From positions 171,866,001 through 171,930,000 of the forward strand of contig NC_086097.1 of the NCBI RefSeq assembly GCF_963921235.1: a stretch of DNA of 64,000 nucleotides, in the 5' to 3' direction. Position numbers and translations under genes: made by a program. Below the pieces are notes generated by a model, which saw nothing but the letters and a program-made list of their open reading frames with translations, was not told the DNA's origin and did not search any database. Every line of letters starts with the position of its first letter. Position 1 is the first letter of the stretch. Source of the DNA: Mobula hypostoma (taxonomy: Eukaryota). Shown here in pieces: positions 35,009 to 46,607 of the stretch.

Positions 35009-36229
35009 CTAATCTGCGTGAGAGACTACCTTCTTGGGCTCATTAAGCTAAAAAGTGTAGAGATTTCTTTTGCTCTTCCACGTTGTTCGCATTACAATAC
35101 AGTTCAACCCTCTCGATATACGACTCCCAGCCTTCAACAGTGCTGTTAAATTCATCAGCTTTCCTGACTAAAGCCATCAGCACATTATTTTCACTTTAAA
35201 TTTAGCGCGTCTTTCACTATTACTCACAGGTCCTTCAGCTGTCTCGTGCTGTTTAACTCTCACTGTTCTGTCCCGTAACTGTTGGTGCAGCTTGTGATAT
35301 TTTCTGACATTCAGGTTCGTACTCATCACCAATTTTTTGTGTCAGTACACAACTACCTGTCTATATTTAAATAAAAGCACACACACAGGAGATGGTTTTA
35401 ACTGGTGTATTCACATTGCAGCGAGAGAGAGAGAACAATGTGCATGTGTAGACAACAGCACATAGATCCATACTTTTCAGAAGTGGCAAGGGTGCTACTT
35501 TTGGAGTTGCTTTGTTGGCTGCGCGTTGTTCTGCTGAATATTGTGGGCATGCTGTGTTGGCGCTGGAATGTACGGTGACACTTGCCCCCGCACATCCACA
35601 GATTGTGTTCGCTGTAATTGACATATTACGCTGTATGTTTGAATGTACATGTGACAAATAAATCTAATAATCTTGTTTGTGTTGTTGACCTTCATTATCA
35701 TCATGGGGTTTTATCAAGTTATTGGTTTATAATTATTATTGCCAAATGTACCAAGATACAGTGAAAATGTTGTCTTGTATATTGCTCATACATATCAAAT
35801 TATTTCCTAGTGCATTGAGATAGAACAAGGTAAAACATTAACAATAATGGTGAACAAGAGTAGGATTGGTGGTTAATTCTGTTTTGTTTATTGGTTAAAA
35901 CTAAAAATACTCAAGTCTAGTTATGATGCAAGTATCTGATTTTTACCAGTTTTAAATTTGTAAATTCACCACTAGATGACACTAAACATCAACTATCCAA
36001 ACCTTCAGTGGCAAGAAACAAATTGCTGGAGGAACTCAGTGTGTTATGCAGCATCCTTGGAAACAAAGGGACTGTTCATATTTTGGGATGAGGGTCCAGA
36101 TATATGTAAGGGGTTGAGTAACAAATGGATCTAACTTTCTTTTCCAAGCTCCATCAGGAGAAGAAGTGGCCCAACAATCAGATGAAAGGGTTCAAAAACA
36201 TGCTTAAAACTTCCACGCAAAGCTCACCA

Positions 36230-36730
36230 CAACACGTTGGTATGGCAACCGCTCTGCCCAATACCACAGGAAATTACAGAGAGTTGTGAACTCCATCATG
36301 CTAACCAGCCTCCACTCCATAGACTCTGTCTATATTTCCCGCTGCCTTGGGAAAGCAGCCAACATAGTCAAAGTCCGCTTACACCCTGGTCATTTGCTTT
36401 ATTCCCCCTTCCATTAGGAAAAAGATACAGAAATTTGAGAGCATGCAGCACCAGCCTCAAGGACAGCTTCTATTCTGCTGTTGCAAGACTGTTGAATAGA
36501 CCTCTTACACGATAAAGATCTCTCAATTCTTCATGAGAGCTTTTGTACCTATTTGTCTGCCTGAACTGTACTGTCTCTGTAACTGTACCACAATATTGTG
36601 CATTCCCTGTTATTGTGTTTCTTTTTGTACTACATCAACATACTTATGGTTGGAATGATCTGAATCCATGGTGCACAAACAAAAGCTTTTTAATGTATCT
36701 CAGTACATGTGACAATAATAAATCAATCGC
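36230..36730 (+). mobile_element. Rex1/Babar-like 3' fragment
   Basis: WYGNRS...LPLGKRYRNLRACSTSLKDSFYSAVARLLN. Tail GACAATAATAAA. Confidence 0.75.
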
Positions 36731-37939
36731 CAATCACTAATTACCAGTGTCAGAGACCCACGTACACCAATGATCACTTCAACCCTCCTCCTCTTCTTGG
36801 ACACGCCCCTCTGTTTCTCTGCTTGCTCCAGATCTCTTCATCTCTCATTGTTGATTCAGCAGGCTCGATGCCAGCACTCCTCTCTTGTCCTCAAACCTAG
36901 CCCCTTTGAACACACTGCCCTTCACTCTGTCCACATCAATCCCCACCACACTATCAAACCTGTCGATAAAGGGGGTGCTGTTGTATGGTGGAAAACCGAC
37001 CTCTACCTTGCTGAGGCAAAGCAGCAACACTCAGATAACTCCACTTACTTATCCTTGAAAAGGACCCCTCTCCAGACTATCAGAAAATTGTCTCCGACAC
37101 CACTAACCTCATCAACTCTGAAGAACTCCCATCCACTCTCACCAAACTTACAGTTCCCTTACCCCGCACTGCTCACTTCTACCTCCTCCCCAAGATCCAC
37201 AAATCTGACTGTGTGAGTCAGCCCTTTGTTTCTGCCTGCTCCTGCCTCATTGAACCTGGGTCTGCATACTTTGACTCCATTCTATCCCACTTAGTTAAGC
37301 CCCTTCCCACCCACATCTGCCTATACACATCCTGTCCCCCCTCAACAACATTCAGTCCTTAGGCACTGACTGCTTCATTTTCACCATTAATGTCCAGTCC
37401 CTATGCACTTCTGTCCCCCATCATGACGACCTTAAAGCTCTCAGATTCTTTCTCAACAATAGACATGAACAATTCCCCTCCACCACCAGCTTCCTCCATT
37501 TGTCAGGACTGGTCCTCACCCTCAACAATTTCTCCTTCAGCTCCTCCCTCTTTCTCCAAACACAAGGGGTAGCCATGGGCACCCACATGGGCCCTAGCTA
37601 TGCTTGCCTTTTCATTGGTAGCACGGAACAGTTCATGTTCCAAGCCTTCCTTGGCAATGCTCCCCAGATCTTTCTGTGCTACATTGCCAACTGAATTGGT
37701 GCTGCTTCATGCACCCATGCTGAGCTCATCAGTTTCATGAACTTTTCCCCCAACTTCCACTCTGCCCTTGAATTCACTTGGTCCATTTCTAACACCTCTT
37801 TCCTCTTACTCAATCTCACGAGAAAAACTTTTCTCAACTTTCTAAAATCAAAATCATTCAGTCTTTTCCAACCAGAGCCCCTGGATGAACTATGAGTTTG
37901 CAATCTGCTGAGGGCCAGATCAGTAGTAATCAGATCGGG

Positions 37940-40925
37940 TGACCAAGTAAGACACAAGAGGACCAGGTACGATTGCCTGAAAGCATCTCATGTGTGAAGT
38001 GGCAATTCTGGACTAAACTTGAATCACTGAGGGATGCTCAACAGCTGTGGAAATGATTAAATGGTATTAACTATTCGAAGTGAAAGCAAGTGACAGAGGT
38101 GACAACATGGTTTTGTTCCCAAATGAGTTCAATGCCTTCTATGCTCACTTCAACCATCAAAACGTGGAGGAATTGTCACAAACTCCCACAGCCCCCGATG
38201 ACCTTGTGATGTCATTCTCTGAGGCCAATGTGACAGCATCCTTCAGGAGAGTAAATCCACGAAAAGCACGTGGCCCAGGTCGGGTATCTGGCCGAGTATT
38301 AAAGACCTATGCTGATTATCTGGCTGGAGTGTTCAACAATATCGTTAACCTCTCCGTTTGGCAATCTGAGGTACCCACTTGCTTTCAGCTGGCTTCAGTT
38401 ATACCGGTGCCAATAACGAATGTGATAGCCGGCCTCAATGACTATCTCCCAGTAGCACTTACATCCACAGTCATGAAATGCTTTGACAGGTTGGTGATGA
38501 AACTTTTCACTCCTGCCTGAGAAGCAACTTGGATCTGCTCCATTTTGCCACCAGCACAACAGGTCTACTGCAGATGTCATTTCATTGGCTCTTCACTCAA
38601 CCCTGGAACATCTGGACCGCAAAGATGCCTACGTCAGGTTGCTCTTTATTGACTGCAGCTCCCTATTCAATACTATCATCCCCTTAAAACTAATCAATAA
38701 GCTTCAAGACCTTGGATCAATACTTCCTCGTGCAATTGGATTCTTGATTTGCAAATCAGTTAGGATTAGCGACAACAACTCCTCCACGACCTCCATCAGC
38801 AATGGCGCACTGAAAGGCTGTATGCTTAGCCCCCTGCTCTATTCATTTTATACTTATGACCATAGTTTCCTCTAAGCTGTGCGTGTGTGCGCGCACACGT
38901 TTTTCAACCAGCGCACAAAGGAAATTAATGTGCGCACAAAAGGTTAGTTACCTAAAATAATGTAGTAGTTAATAATTATACTTATCGAAGTAATCTTTTA
39001 GCTAACTGTTTCTGTTAACTAGATTTTCAAATACCACAATGCTCATCACTAATTTACGTCACCTCACTTTTTCTGTTCTGGTTTGTACAGCTGTATCACG
39101 GCGGCAGCCATGTTTGGCGGACAGTGTTCATATTGTAAAGTTTACTATGATCTGTTTCAAATCCTGTAGTTAGCTTACTAAGTTTTTATTGGAAAAAAAT
39201 ACTGATTCACTATGTCAAATTCAAAAGAAGCGAAGGGCGTGAAGCGCAAAAGAACTGCAAATTTGTTTAAAGTTGAATGGCTTAACAAAATAGCAGAAAC
39301 TGCTACACTGAAAGCTCATGAGGTCATGAACATTCAGCTACGAGAAATATTTATGTATAATTCGGAAACTGTTTGTATTGTCGTGATGCGAAAGTTGCTG
39401 GAGAATTTGCTAATGGAAAGAAGTGGGGTGATATTTGGAAACTTGACTTTTTGAAGCATCATTTGGCAAGTAAATCACATTTGGATGGTGTACAAAAGCT
39501 CAGGCAACAGAACCCGTCATTACCTTTTACAGGAGTGCTACGCATGTTACGGTTGAGTGCAGATGAGCGAGAGCGAAGACGATCAAACCCAGAGAAGATC
39601 AAAGTTGAGGTACAAGAATGGTCAGCTTTTGATTTCTCCGTAATTGCAGATTGGGACTTCACATTTGACGATCGACAAGTTAATGCTTTATGTCTAAAAT
39701 ATCATGATTTTCTAGCTGAAAATATTGTAATAGTTAGACAGTTTAATGATTTCAAATTTTCCGTGCAAGAAAAAATTAAACCAAACTGATTTCAAACTTT
39801 GCTCAAATGGTGTCGTTTGTACTTCAAAATGAACAGTTTTGCGACCTTGCACAGTTGATGGACATTGGGGGAACCTTTCTTGTGTCTAGTGCGGACTGTG
39901 AGCGAGGCTTTAGCCTAATGAATCAACTCGAAAACAAGCTGAGAAACTGTTTAGGTGAATATCATTTGGGTATATTAATGAGAATCAAAAGACAGAAGAG
40001 AGAAAAAATAACAGAGTGACTTAATATGTATGTTATTTTGTTGTTATTCTGTGCAGTTTTATGTCAAGTATTTTGTAAACCTAACATAAACTGTGCAATG
40101 TGTGCATTCAGTGCGCACATACTTTTGTCACAGGAGAAAAATTTGCACAACATAAGATTTTTGTGCACACTGACTACTAAAAATTAGAGGGAACATTGCT
40201 TATGACTGTGAATCTTTGCATAGCTCTAATGCCATACTTAAGTTTGCAGATGACACCACTGTCGTAGGCCAAACCAAAGGTGGTGATGAATCAGCACATG
40301 AGGAAGATCGGAAATCTGATTGATTCATGCCACAACAACAACCTCTCACTCAATATCAGCAAGGCCATGGAGCTGATTATTGACTTCAGGAGGAGGAAAC
40401 TGGAGGTCCATGAGACAGTAAAGCCCTCCCCGTCATTCAGATATCTACATGGAACTCAGTTGCATTAAAGCAGCATACATCATCAAAGACCCCCATCAGC
40501 CAGGTCAGCTTTCTTCTCACTATTACCATCAGGAAGATGGTACAGGAGCTTCTGGACCCACGCCACAAGGTACAGCCATTATTAGCTCGCAGACATAAAG
40601 CCTCTTGAACCAGTGAGAATAACTCCACTCAACGTCACTCCACTGTTCGCATAACCTATGTACTCACTTTCAAGGACTCATCTCACGTTCTCGATTATTG
40701 ATTGCCTAGGTATTTATTATTATTATTGCTATTTTTTTGTTTTGTATTTGTACAGTTTGTTGTCTTTTGCATGTTGACTGTTTGCCCATTCTGTTTTGTG
40801 CAGTCTTTCATTGATTCTTTTATGTTTCTTAGATCTACTGAGTCCGCCTACCAGAAAATGACCCTCAAGGTTGTATATGATGACATATATGTACTTTGAT
40901 AATATATTTACTTGGAACTTTGAAC
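37940..40925 (+). mobile_element. Degenerate Rex1/Babar-like LINE nested in the PLE and split by a hAT
   Basis: NPRKARGP, NDYLPVALTSTVMKCFDRLV, YVRLLFID and GCMLSPLLYS. After the hAT comes KFADDTTVVG. Tail GAACTTTGAA. Confidence 0.85.
38861..40198 (+). mobile_element. Internally deleted hAT DNA transposon (Tip100/ZNF862-like)
   Basis: Perfect 8-bp TSD CTTATGAC at 38853-38860 and 40199-40206. Imperfect TIRs CATAGTTTCCTCTAA / CAATGTTCCCTCTAA. N-terminal zinc-finger remnant (FKVEWL...YC...LKHHLASKSH) and hAT C-terminal motif SSADCERGFSLMN...LRNCL. Confidence 0.9.
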
Positions 40926-43434
40926 TCTGTCTCTTCTTCTGGAGACAAACTGTGTACTGATACCTTTTATAAACCTACCAATTCCCACTGCGAACTTGAC
41001 TATCCCTTCTCTACCCTCAAACAAGAGAAAACCTGCAGATGCTGTAAATCCAAGCAACACACACAGAAAGGAACTCAGCAGGTCAGGTCGCATCTATGGA
41101 AAAGAATACAGTCGACATTTCCGGCCAAGACCCATTGTTCCTTTTCCACTGTTTCCTATAAAAATGGTATTCCCTTTTCTCAGTTCATCTCTGCAGCATC
41201 TGTCCCTAGGATGAGGCTTTCCTTCTCAGGACATCAGAGATGGGATTTCCCTTCCTCCACCATTGATGCTATTCTCTCCTATAATTCCTCCATTTCCCAG
41301 TCATCTGTGTTCACCCCATCTTCCCTCTGCCTTAACAGGGATAATGTTTTTCTTGTCCTCATCTATCATCCCATGAGACTCTGCATCCAACACTTCATTT
41401 TTCAGAACTTCTGCCATCTGTAATAGGATCCTACCACCAAAGATATCTTTACCTCCCACCCTACCCTTTGCCTTCTACAGTGATCACTCCCTCCATGATT
41501 CATTTGTCCATTCAAGCCTCCCCATCTTCCTCCAGGCTCATATCCCCGCAAGCAACAGAAATGCTACACCTGCCCATTCACCTCCTCCTTCACATCCATT
41601 CAGGGGTCCAAATAGTCCTTCCAGGTGAGGCAACACTTCACTTGTGAATCTGTTGGAGTTGTCTACAAAATCAGGTGATCCTGATGAGGCCTCCTCAGCA
41701 GTGGTGAGACCTGACAAAGGTTGGGGGACTGCTTTGTCGAGCATCTCCTCTCCATTCACATTAAGCAGAATTTCCTGGTGGCCAGCTGTTTTAATTCCAA
41801 TTCCCATACCCATTCTGACATGTTGGTCCATGGCCTGTCATGATGACGCCACTCTCAAAGTGGAGGAGCTACTCCTCATACTCCTCCTAGGTAACCTCTA
41901 ACCTGATGGCATGTACATCGATTTCCCTTCTGGTATATTTTACTCTCCCTTCCCTATCTTCTATTCTTCCCTTGCCCTCTTACCTCTTTTCTACACTTAC
42001 TTATCATTTGCCCCTGCTGCCCCTCCTCCTTCCCTTTCTCCCATGGTCCACTCTCCTCTCCTATCAGATTCCTTCTTCTACAGCACTTTGCTTTTTCCAC
42101 CTATCATCTCCCAACCTCATACTTCACACTCCCTCTTCCACCCACCTGGATTCACGTATGATCTTCTAGCTTGTCCTACTCCCACTCCCCATACCCTTTT
42201 ATTATAGCATCTTCCCCCTTCATTTCCAGTCCTGATGAAGGATTTCAGCCTGAAATGTTGACTGTTACTCTTTTCCATAGATGCTGCAGGACCTGCAGAG
42301 TTCCTTCAGCAAGTTGTGTATGTTGCTCTGAATTTCCAGCATTTGCAGGATCTCTTGTGTTTACCAATTGTCTTTTGATTACCGAGTATCTTTAATACAT
42401 CAAAGTGATGAAAGAACTTTAGGTATCTCAAGGCGGTAAATCAGGACCATGCAGAAATCCAGGTTAAATAGCGGAGTAAAACACCATGTCTCAAATTACC
42501 AACTTGCATGTCCAATCAGGTACCTCCTACCCTATTTGTAGAAGATTCTGTGTAACAGTGAATCAGGTTTGTGGTCTGGCAAGTGAGACAGAAACCATTG
42601 ACTGTGAATAAGTGCATTTATTTACAAACAGTTAAAATTCAACCAATCATTCATGTTCCCCTAGTTATAGAAACTACAAAACTGAATATTCAACAAACAT
42701 ACTTAGCTAAAAGCGCATGTAGAGCTTACCTTCCCAATGGTTAAGTGCACCACTTGCCTTAAAGGAAGAGAGAAGGAACTTTCTACACATGCTGTCTATA
42801 TACCCAGATATTTGAAACTGGACACCAGGCAGCTAACCAATGGGAAAAGCGGATGCAGTTTCTAATCTAACCAATTATGATGGAAGTGACTTTCAAAAAT
42901 CAGAATAAGCCACACCCCCCACAGGATAGTATGCGGTTCTAATATTGGCCTCATCCGTCACCCTAGTACACACAGAACCAGAGCAGAAGCAAGTCACACT
43001 CGATCCTGAGAGAATCTGTCTAAGAAGCTCTAGTTCACTGTGAGGAGGGGTCAACTGTTCAACTCATCATAAAACCAAGCAACACACACAAAATGCTGGA
43101 AGAACTCAGCAGGCTAGGCAGTATCTATGGAAAACATCACAGCCAACGTTTCTGGCCGAGACCTTCAGTGAGTCTTCACAAACTCATCAATGAGTTTCTC
43201 TGCTGAATCGTGATCAGCAGAAACTTTAACTTTCAAATTACCTTCAATTTTCAGTTTGTCGTGATTGATCTTTGCTTATTTGATGATTAGCATAGCTTTA
43301 GTCAGCATATGTTCACTCCGACGCTGATGATACATGATCAAGATCTTCATTTTTCACTTTATGGAGTGTTTTTCTATTTTTCGTTAACCTGTTCATTACA
43401 TTTGAGAAGTCACTTCTCAGAACTGTCTGTGATG

Positions 43435-43560
43435 CATATCACCTGGAAATCTTCCTTGTGGAATTTCTCTTTTGTGATATCAACATCAGAGCTCAAAAAA
43501 AATTTGGATCTCAAAGGCTTTGGGATTTTGGAATTTTGGATAAGGAATACTCAACCTGTA
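43435..43560. mobile_element. Tigger/pogo-like terminal fragment
   Basis: Ends ...GGATTTTGGAATTTTGGATAAGGAATACTCAACCTG-TA, a Tigger-type TIR followed by TA. The partner TIR was not found. Confidence 0.55.
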
Positions 43561-43869
43561 GCAGCGAGATAGAAGCTATCCTTGTTGGTGCATGTGCTTT
43601 TATCTTCTGCATAAGGGGAAAAGAAAGAATGACTGGGGTGGGAGAGGCCCTTTGTTATGTTAGTTGCTTTCCCAAGGCGGCAGGAAGTGTAGACAAAGTT
43701 ATTGGAGAGGAGATTGTCTTGCATGATAGACTGGACTGCGTACACAACACTCTACAACTTTTTAGAGTATTGGCCAGAATTGTTGCCATATGAAGGTGTA
43801 GTGCATCCAGATAGGTTTATTTCTATAGTACATCTGTAAATGATTCCATGGCATCGTCTTAAACAAAAG

Positions 43870-44082
43870 AATAATACTTCTCCCTAATATTCCTCAATCA
43901 ATGTCAATAAAGATAAAGCAATTTCTATTCATGATCACATTGATGTTTGTGGATCTCACTGCAGACACAGGGCCTTGGTTACTGCTTTACAACTTTGACT
44001 ATACTTCAGAAAGGGTCCTAATTATCTGTGAATCACTTTGAGATATCCTGAAAGTGATGTGAAAGAAGCTATATAAATTTCT
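43870..44082 (+). mobile_element. Ancient Deu-domain SINE remnant
   Basis: ATCACATTGATGTTTGTGG...ACTATACTTCAGAAAG...CACTTTGAGATATCCTGA...GAAAGAAGCTATATAAAT resembles SacSINE1/AmnSINE 3' sequence recalled from memory. Confidence 0.55.
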
Positions 44083-44565
44083 AATCAACACAGACAGTTT
44101 AATATACTGGTGGTATTCTACCTCCATTACAAGTCTCATGTGTCTTTGTAGCACTAAGAAGTATACTCAGGAAGTTGCCATTGCTCATTTTATCTCATTA
44201 CTTTACAAACTGACATGTCTACAGTTTGGAATTAAATCTAACAGATAATCTGCCTGGTAATATAACTACACAATGGATAAATCACTGTTTGGCAATGTTC
44301 CATTTAGCCAATATCTATGACAATTTTTCTTTGTTTGTAAGTTTAAACCCTTAACAGAAATACTGAACGAATATTTCAAGGAGCCTCTGAGATGACATCT
44401 CCGGAGGGAATCATTATCTCAGGAATTTCATTCAGTTCTAGTGATCCAATTACAGGAGTGACTTGGGGGTTTGAAAAGGGTGCAGAAGTGTGTCAGTAGG
44501 ATATGTCCTGGATTAGAAAGAATTAACTATAGGGAGACTTTGGACAAACTTGTTTATCTTGTTGA

Positions 44566-45614
44566 TCTTTTCAGAATGGCAGGCGGTGACTAGTGGGGTA
44601 CCGCAAGGCTCAGTGCTGGGACCCCAGTTGTTTACAATATATATTAATGACTTGGATGAGGGAATTAAATGCAGCATCTCCAAGTTTGTGGATGACACGA
44701 AGCTGGGTGGCAGTGTTAGCAGTGAGGAGGATGCTAAGAGGATGTAGGGTGACTTGGATAGGTTGGGTGAGTGGGCAAATTCATGGCAGATGCAATTTAA
44801 TGTGGATAAATGTGAAGTTATCCACTTTGGTGGCAAAAATAGGAAAACAGATTGTTATCTGAATGGTGGCCGATTAGGTAAAGGGGAGGTGCAACGAGAC
44901 CTGGGTGTCATTATACACCAGTCATTGAAAGTGGGCATGCAGGTACAGCAGGCGGTGAAAAAGGCAAATGGTATGCTGGCATTTATAGCGAGAGGATTCG
45001 AGTACAGGAGCAGGGACGTACTACTGCAGTTGTACAAGGCCTTGGTGAGACCACACCTGGAGTATTGTGTGCAGTTTTGGTCCCCTAATCTGAGGAAAGA
45101 CATCTTTTCCATAGAAGGAGTACAAAGAAGGTTCACCAGATTGATTCCTGGGATGGCGGGACTTTCATATGAAGAAAGACTGGATGAATTGGGCTTGTAC
45201 TCGTTGGAATTTAGAAGATTGAGGGGGGATCTGATTGAAACGTATAAGATCCTAAAGGGATTGGACAGACTAGATGCAGGAAGATTGTTCCCGATGTTGG
45301 GGAAGTCCAGAACAAGGGGTCACAGTTTGAGGATAGAGGGGAAGCCTTTTAGGACCGAGATTAGGAAAAACTTCTTCACACAGAGAGTGGTGAATCTGTG
45401 GAATTCTCTGCCACAGGAAACTGTTGAGGCCAGTTCATTGGCTATATTTAAGAGGGAGTTAGATATGGCCCTTGTGGCTACGGGGGTCAGGGGGTATGGA
45501 GGGAAGGCTGGGGTGGGGTTCTGAGTTGGATGATCAGCCATGATCATAATAAATGGCGGTGCAGGCTCGAAGGGCCGAATGGCCTACTCCTGCACCTATT
45601 TTCTATGTTTCTAT
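44566..45614 (+). mobile_element. 5'-truncated young CR1 (family A)
   Basis: [10 protein letters not shown]...FVDD, one in-frame stop, then a 256-aa ORF. TTTCTATG tail. Confidence 0.95.
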
Positions 45615-45654
45615 CTTCTCTAAAACATGGGAAACTCAGAGGACACTAATAGAA

Positions 45655-46600
45655 ATTTAGAAACATAGACATACAAAAAATCTACAACACAATACAGGCC
45701 CTTCGGCCCACAAAGTTGTGGCGAACATGTCGCTACCTTAGAAATTACTGGACTTCCCCATAGCCCTCTACTTTTCTAAGCTCCATGTACCTATCTAAAA
45801 GTCTCTTAAAAGACCCTAACGTATCCACCTCCACCACCGTCGATGGCAGCCCATTCCATGCACCCACCACTCTCTGAGTAAAAAACTTACCCCTGACATC
45901 TCCTCTGTACCTACTCCCCAAGAGGACCTTAAACCTGTGTCCTCTTATGGCAACCATTTCAGCCCTGGGAAAAAGCCTCTGACTATCCACACGATCAATG
46001 CCTCTCATCATCTTATACACCTCTATCAGGTCACTTCTCATCCTCCGTCGCTCCAAGGAGAAAAGGCCGAGTTCACACAACCTTTTTTCATAATGCATGC
46101 TCCACAATCCAGGCAACATCCTTGTAAATCTCCTCTGTACCTTGTCTATGGCTTCCACATCCTTCCTGTAGTGAGGCGACCAGAACTGAGCACAGTACTC
46201 CAAGTGGGGTCTGACCAGGGTCCTATATAGCTGCAACATCACCTCTCGGCTCCTAAATTCAATTCCTTGAGTAATGAAGGCCTTCTTAACCACGGCTTCA
46301 ACATGCGCAGCTGCTTTGAGCGTCCTATGGACTCAGACCCAAAGATCCCTCTGATCCTCCACACTGCCAAGAGTCTTCCCACTAATACTATATTCTGCCA
46401 TCATACTTGACCAACCAAAATGAACCACTTCACACTTACCTGTTGTTGAACTCCATCTGCCACTTCTCAGCCCAGTTTTGCATCCTATCAATGTCCCGCT
46501 GTAACCTCTGACAGCCCTCCACACTATCCACAACACCTCCAAACTTTGTGTCATCAGCAAACTTACTAACACGTCCGTCCACTTCCTCATCCAGGTCACA
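45655..46600 (-). mobile_element. CR1 3' fragment (family B)
   Basis: ORF 45745-46293 RPHLEYCAQFWSPHYRKD...DSQRLFPRAEM. Confidence 0.9.
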
Positions 46601-46607
46601 TAAAAAT

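Larger units (their letters stand above)
30350..35530 (-). mobile_element. Decayed Gypsy LTR retrotransposon (gag-protease-RT-start of RNase H) with nested insertions
   Basis: Gag ERFRLYKRN...SISEYIAELHKL (34366-34470). RT SQAYLQI...THKG...FGVASAPAIW...GYLDN (32431-32682). RT thumb ISYCGYVIDKHG...QLRSYLGLVN (30483-30833). PBS-like TGGTGATGAG at about 35322-35331, followed by probable LTR sequence. Confidence 0.85.
36750..42362 (+). mobile_element. Degenerate near-full-length PLE (RT 36750-37810, resuming 40926-42362)
   Basis: RT motifs IKPVDKGGAVV, FYLLPKIHK and QTQGVAMGTHMGPSYACLF. After the nested inserts come FYKPTNSH, GIPFSQF, a GIY-YIG remnant and the tail with CTGATGA...GAAA at about 42232-42255. 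Confidence 0.8.

Noticed and set aside
39212..40019. Domesticated ZNF862-like host gene
   Set aside because: It is enclosed by TIRs and an 8-bp TSD, frameshifted and lacking the catalytic core, so it is a transposon relic.
42551..42970. LTR-like segment (TGTAAC...GTACA with TATA, CCAAT and AATAAA words)
   Set aside because: No matching TSD and no second copy in the window, so it was not listed as a feature.
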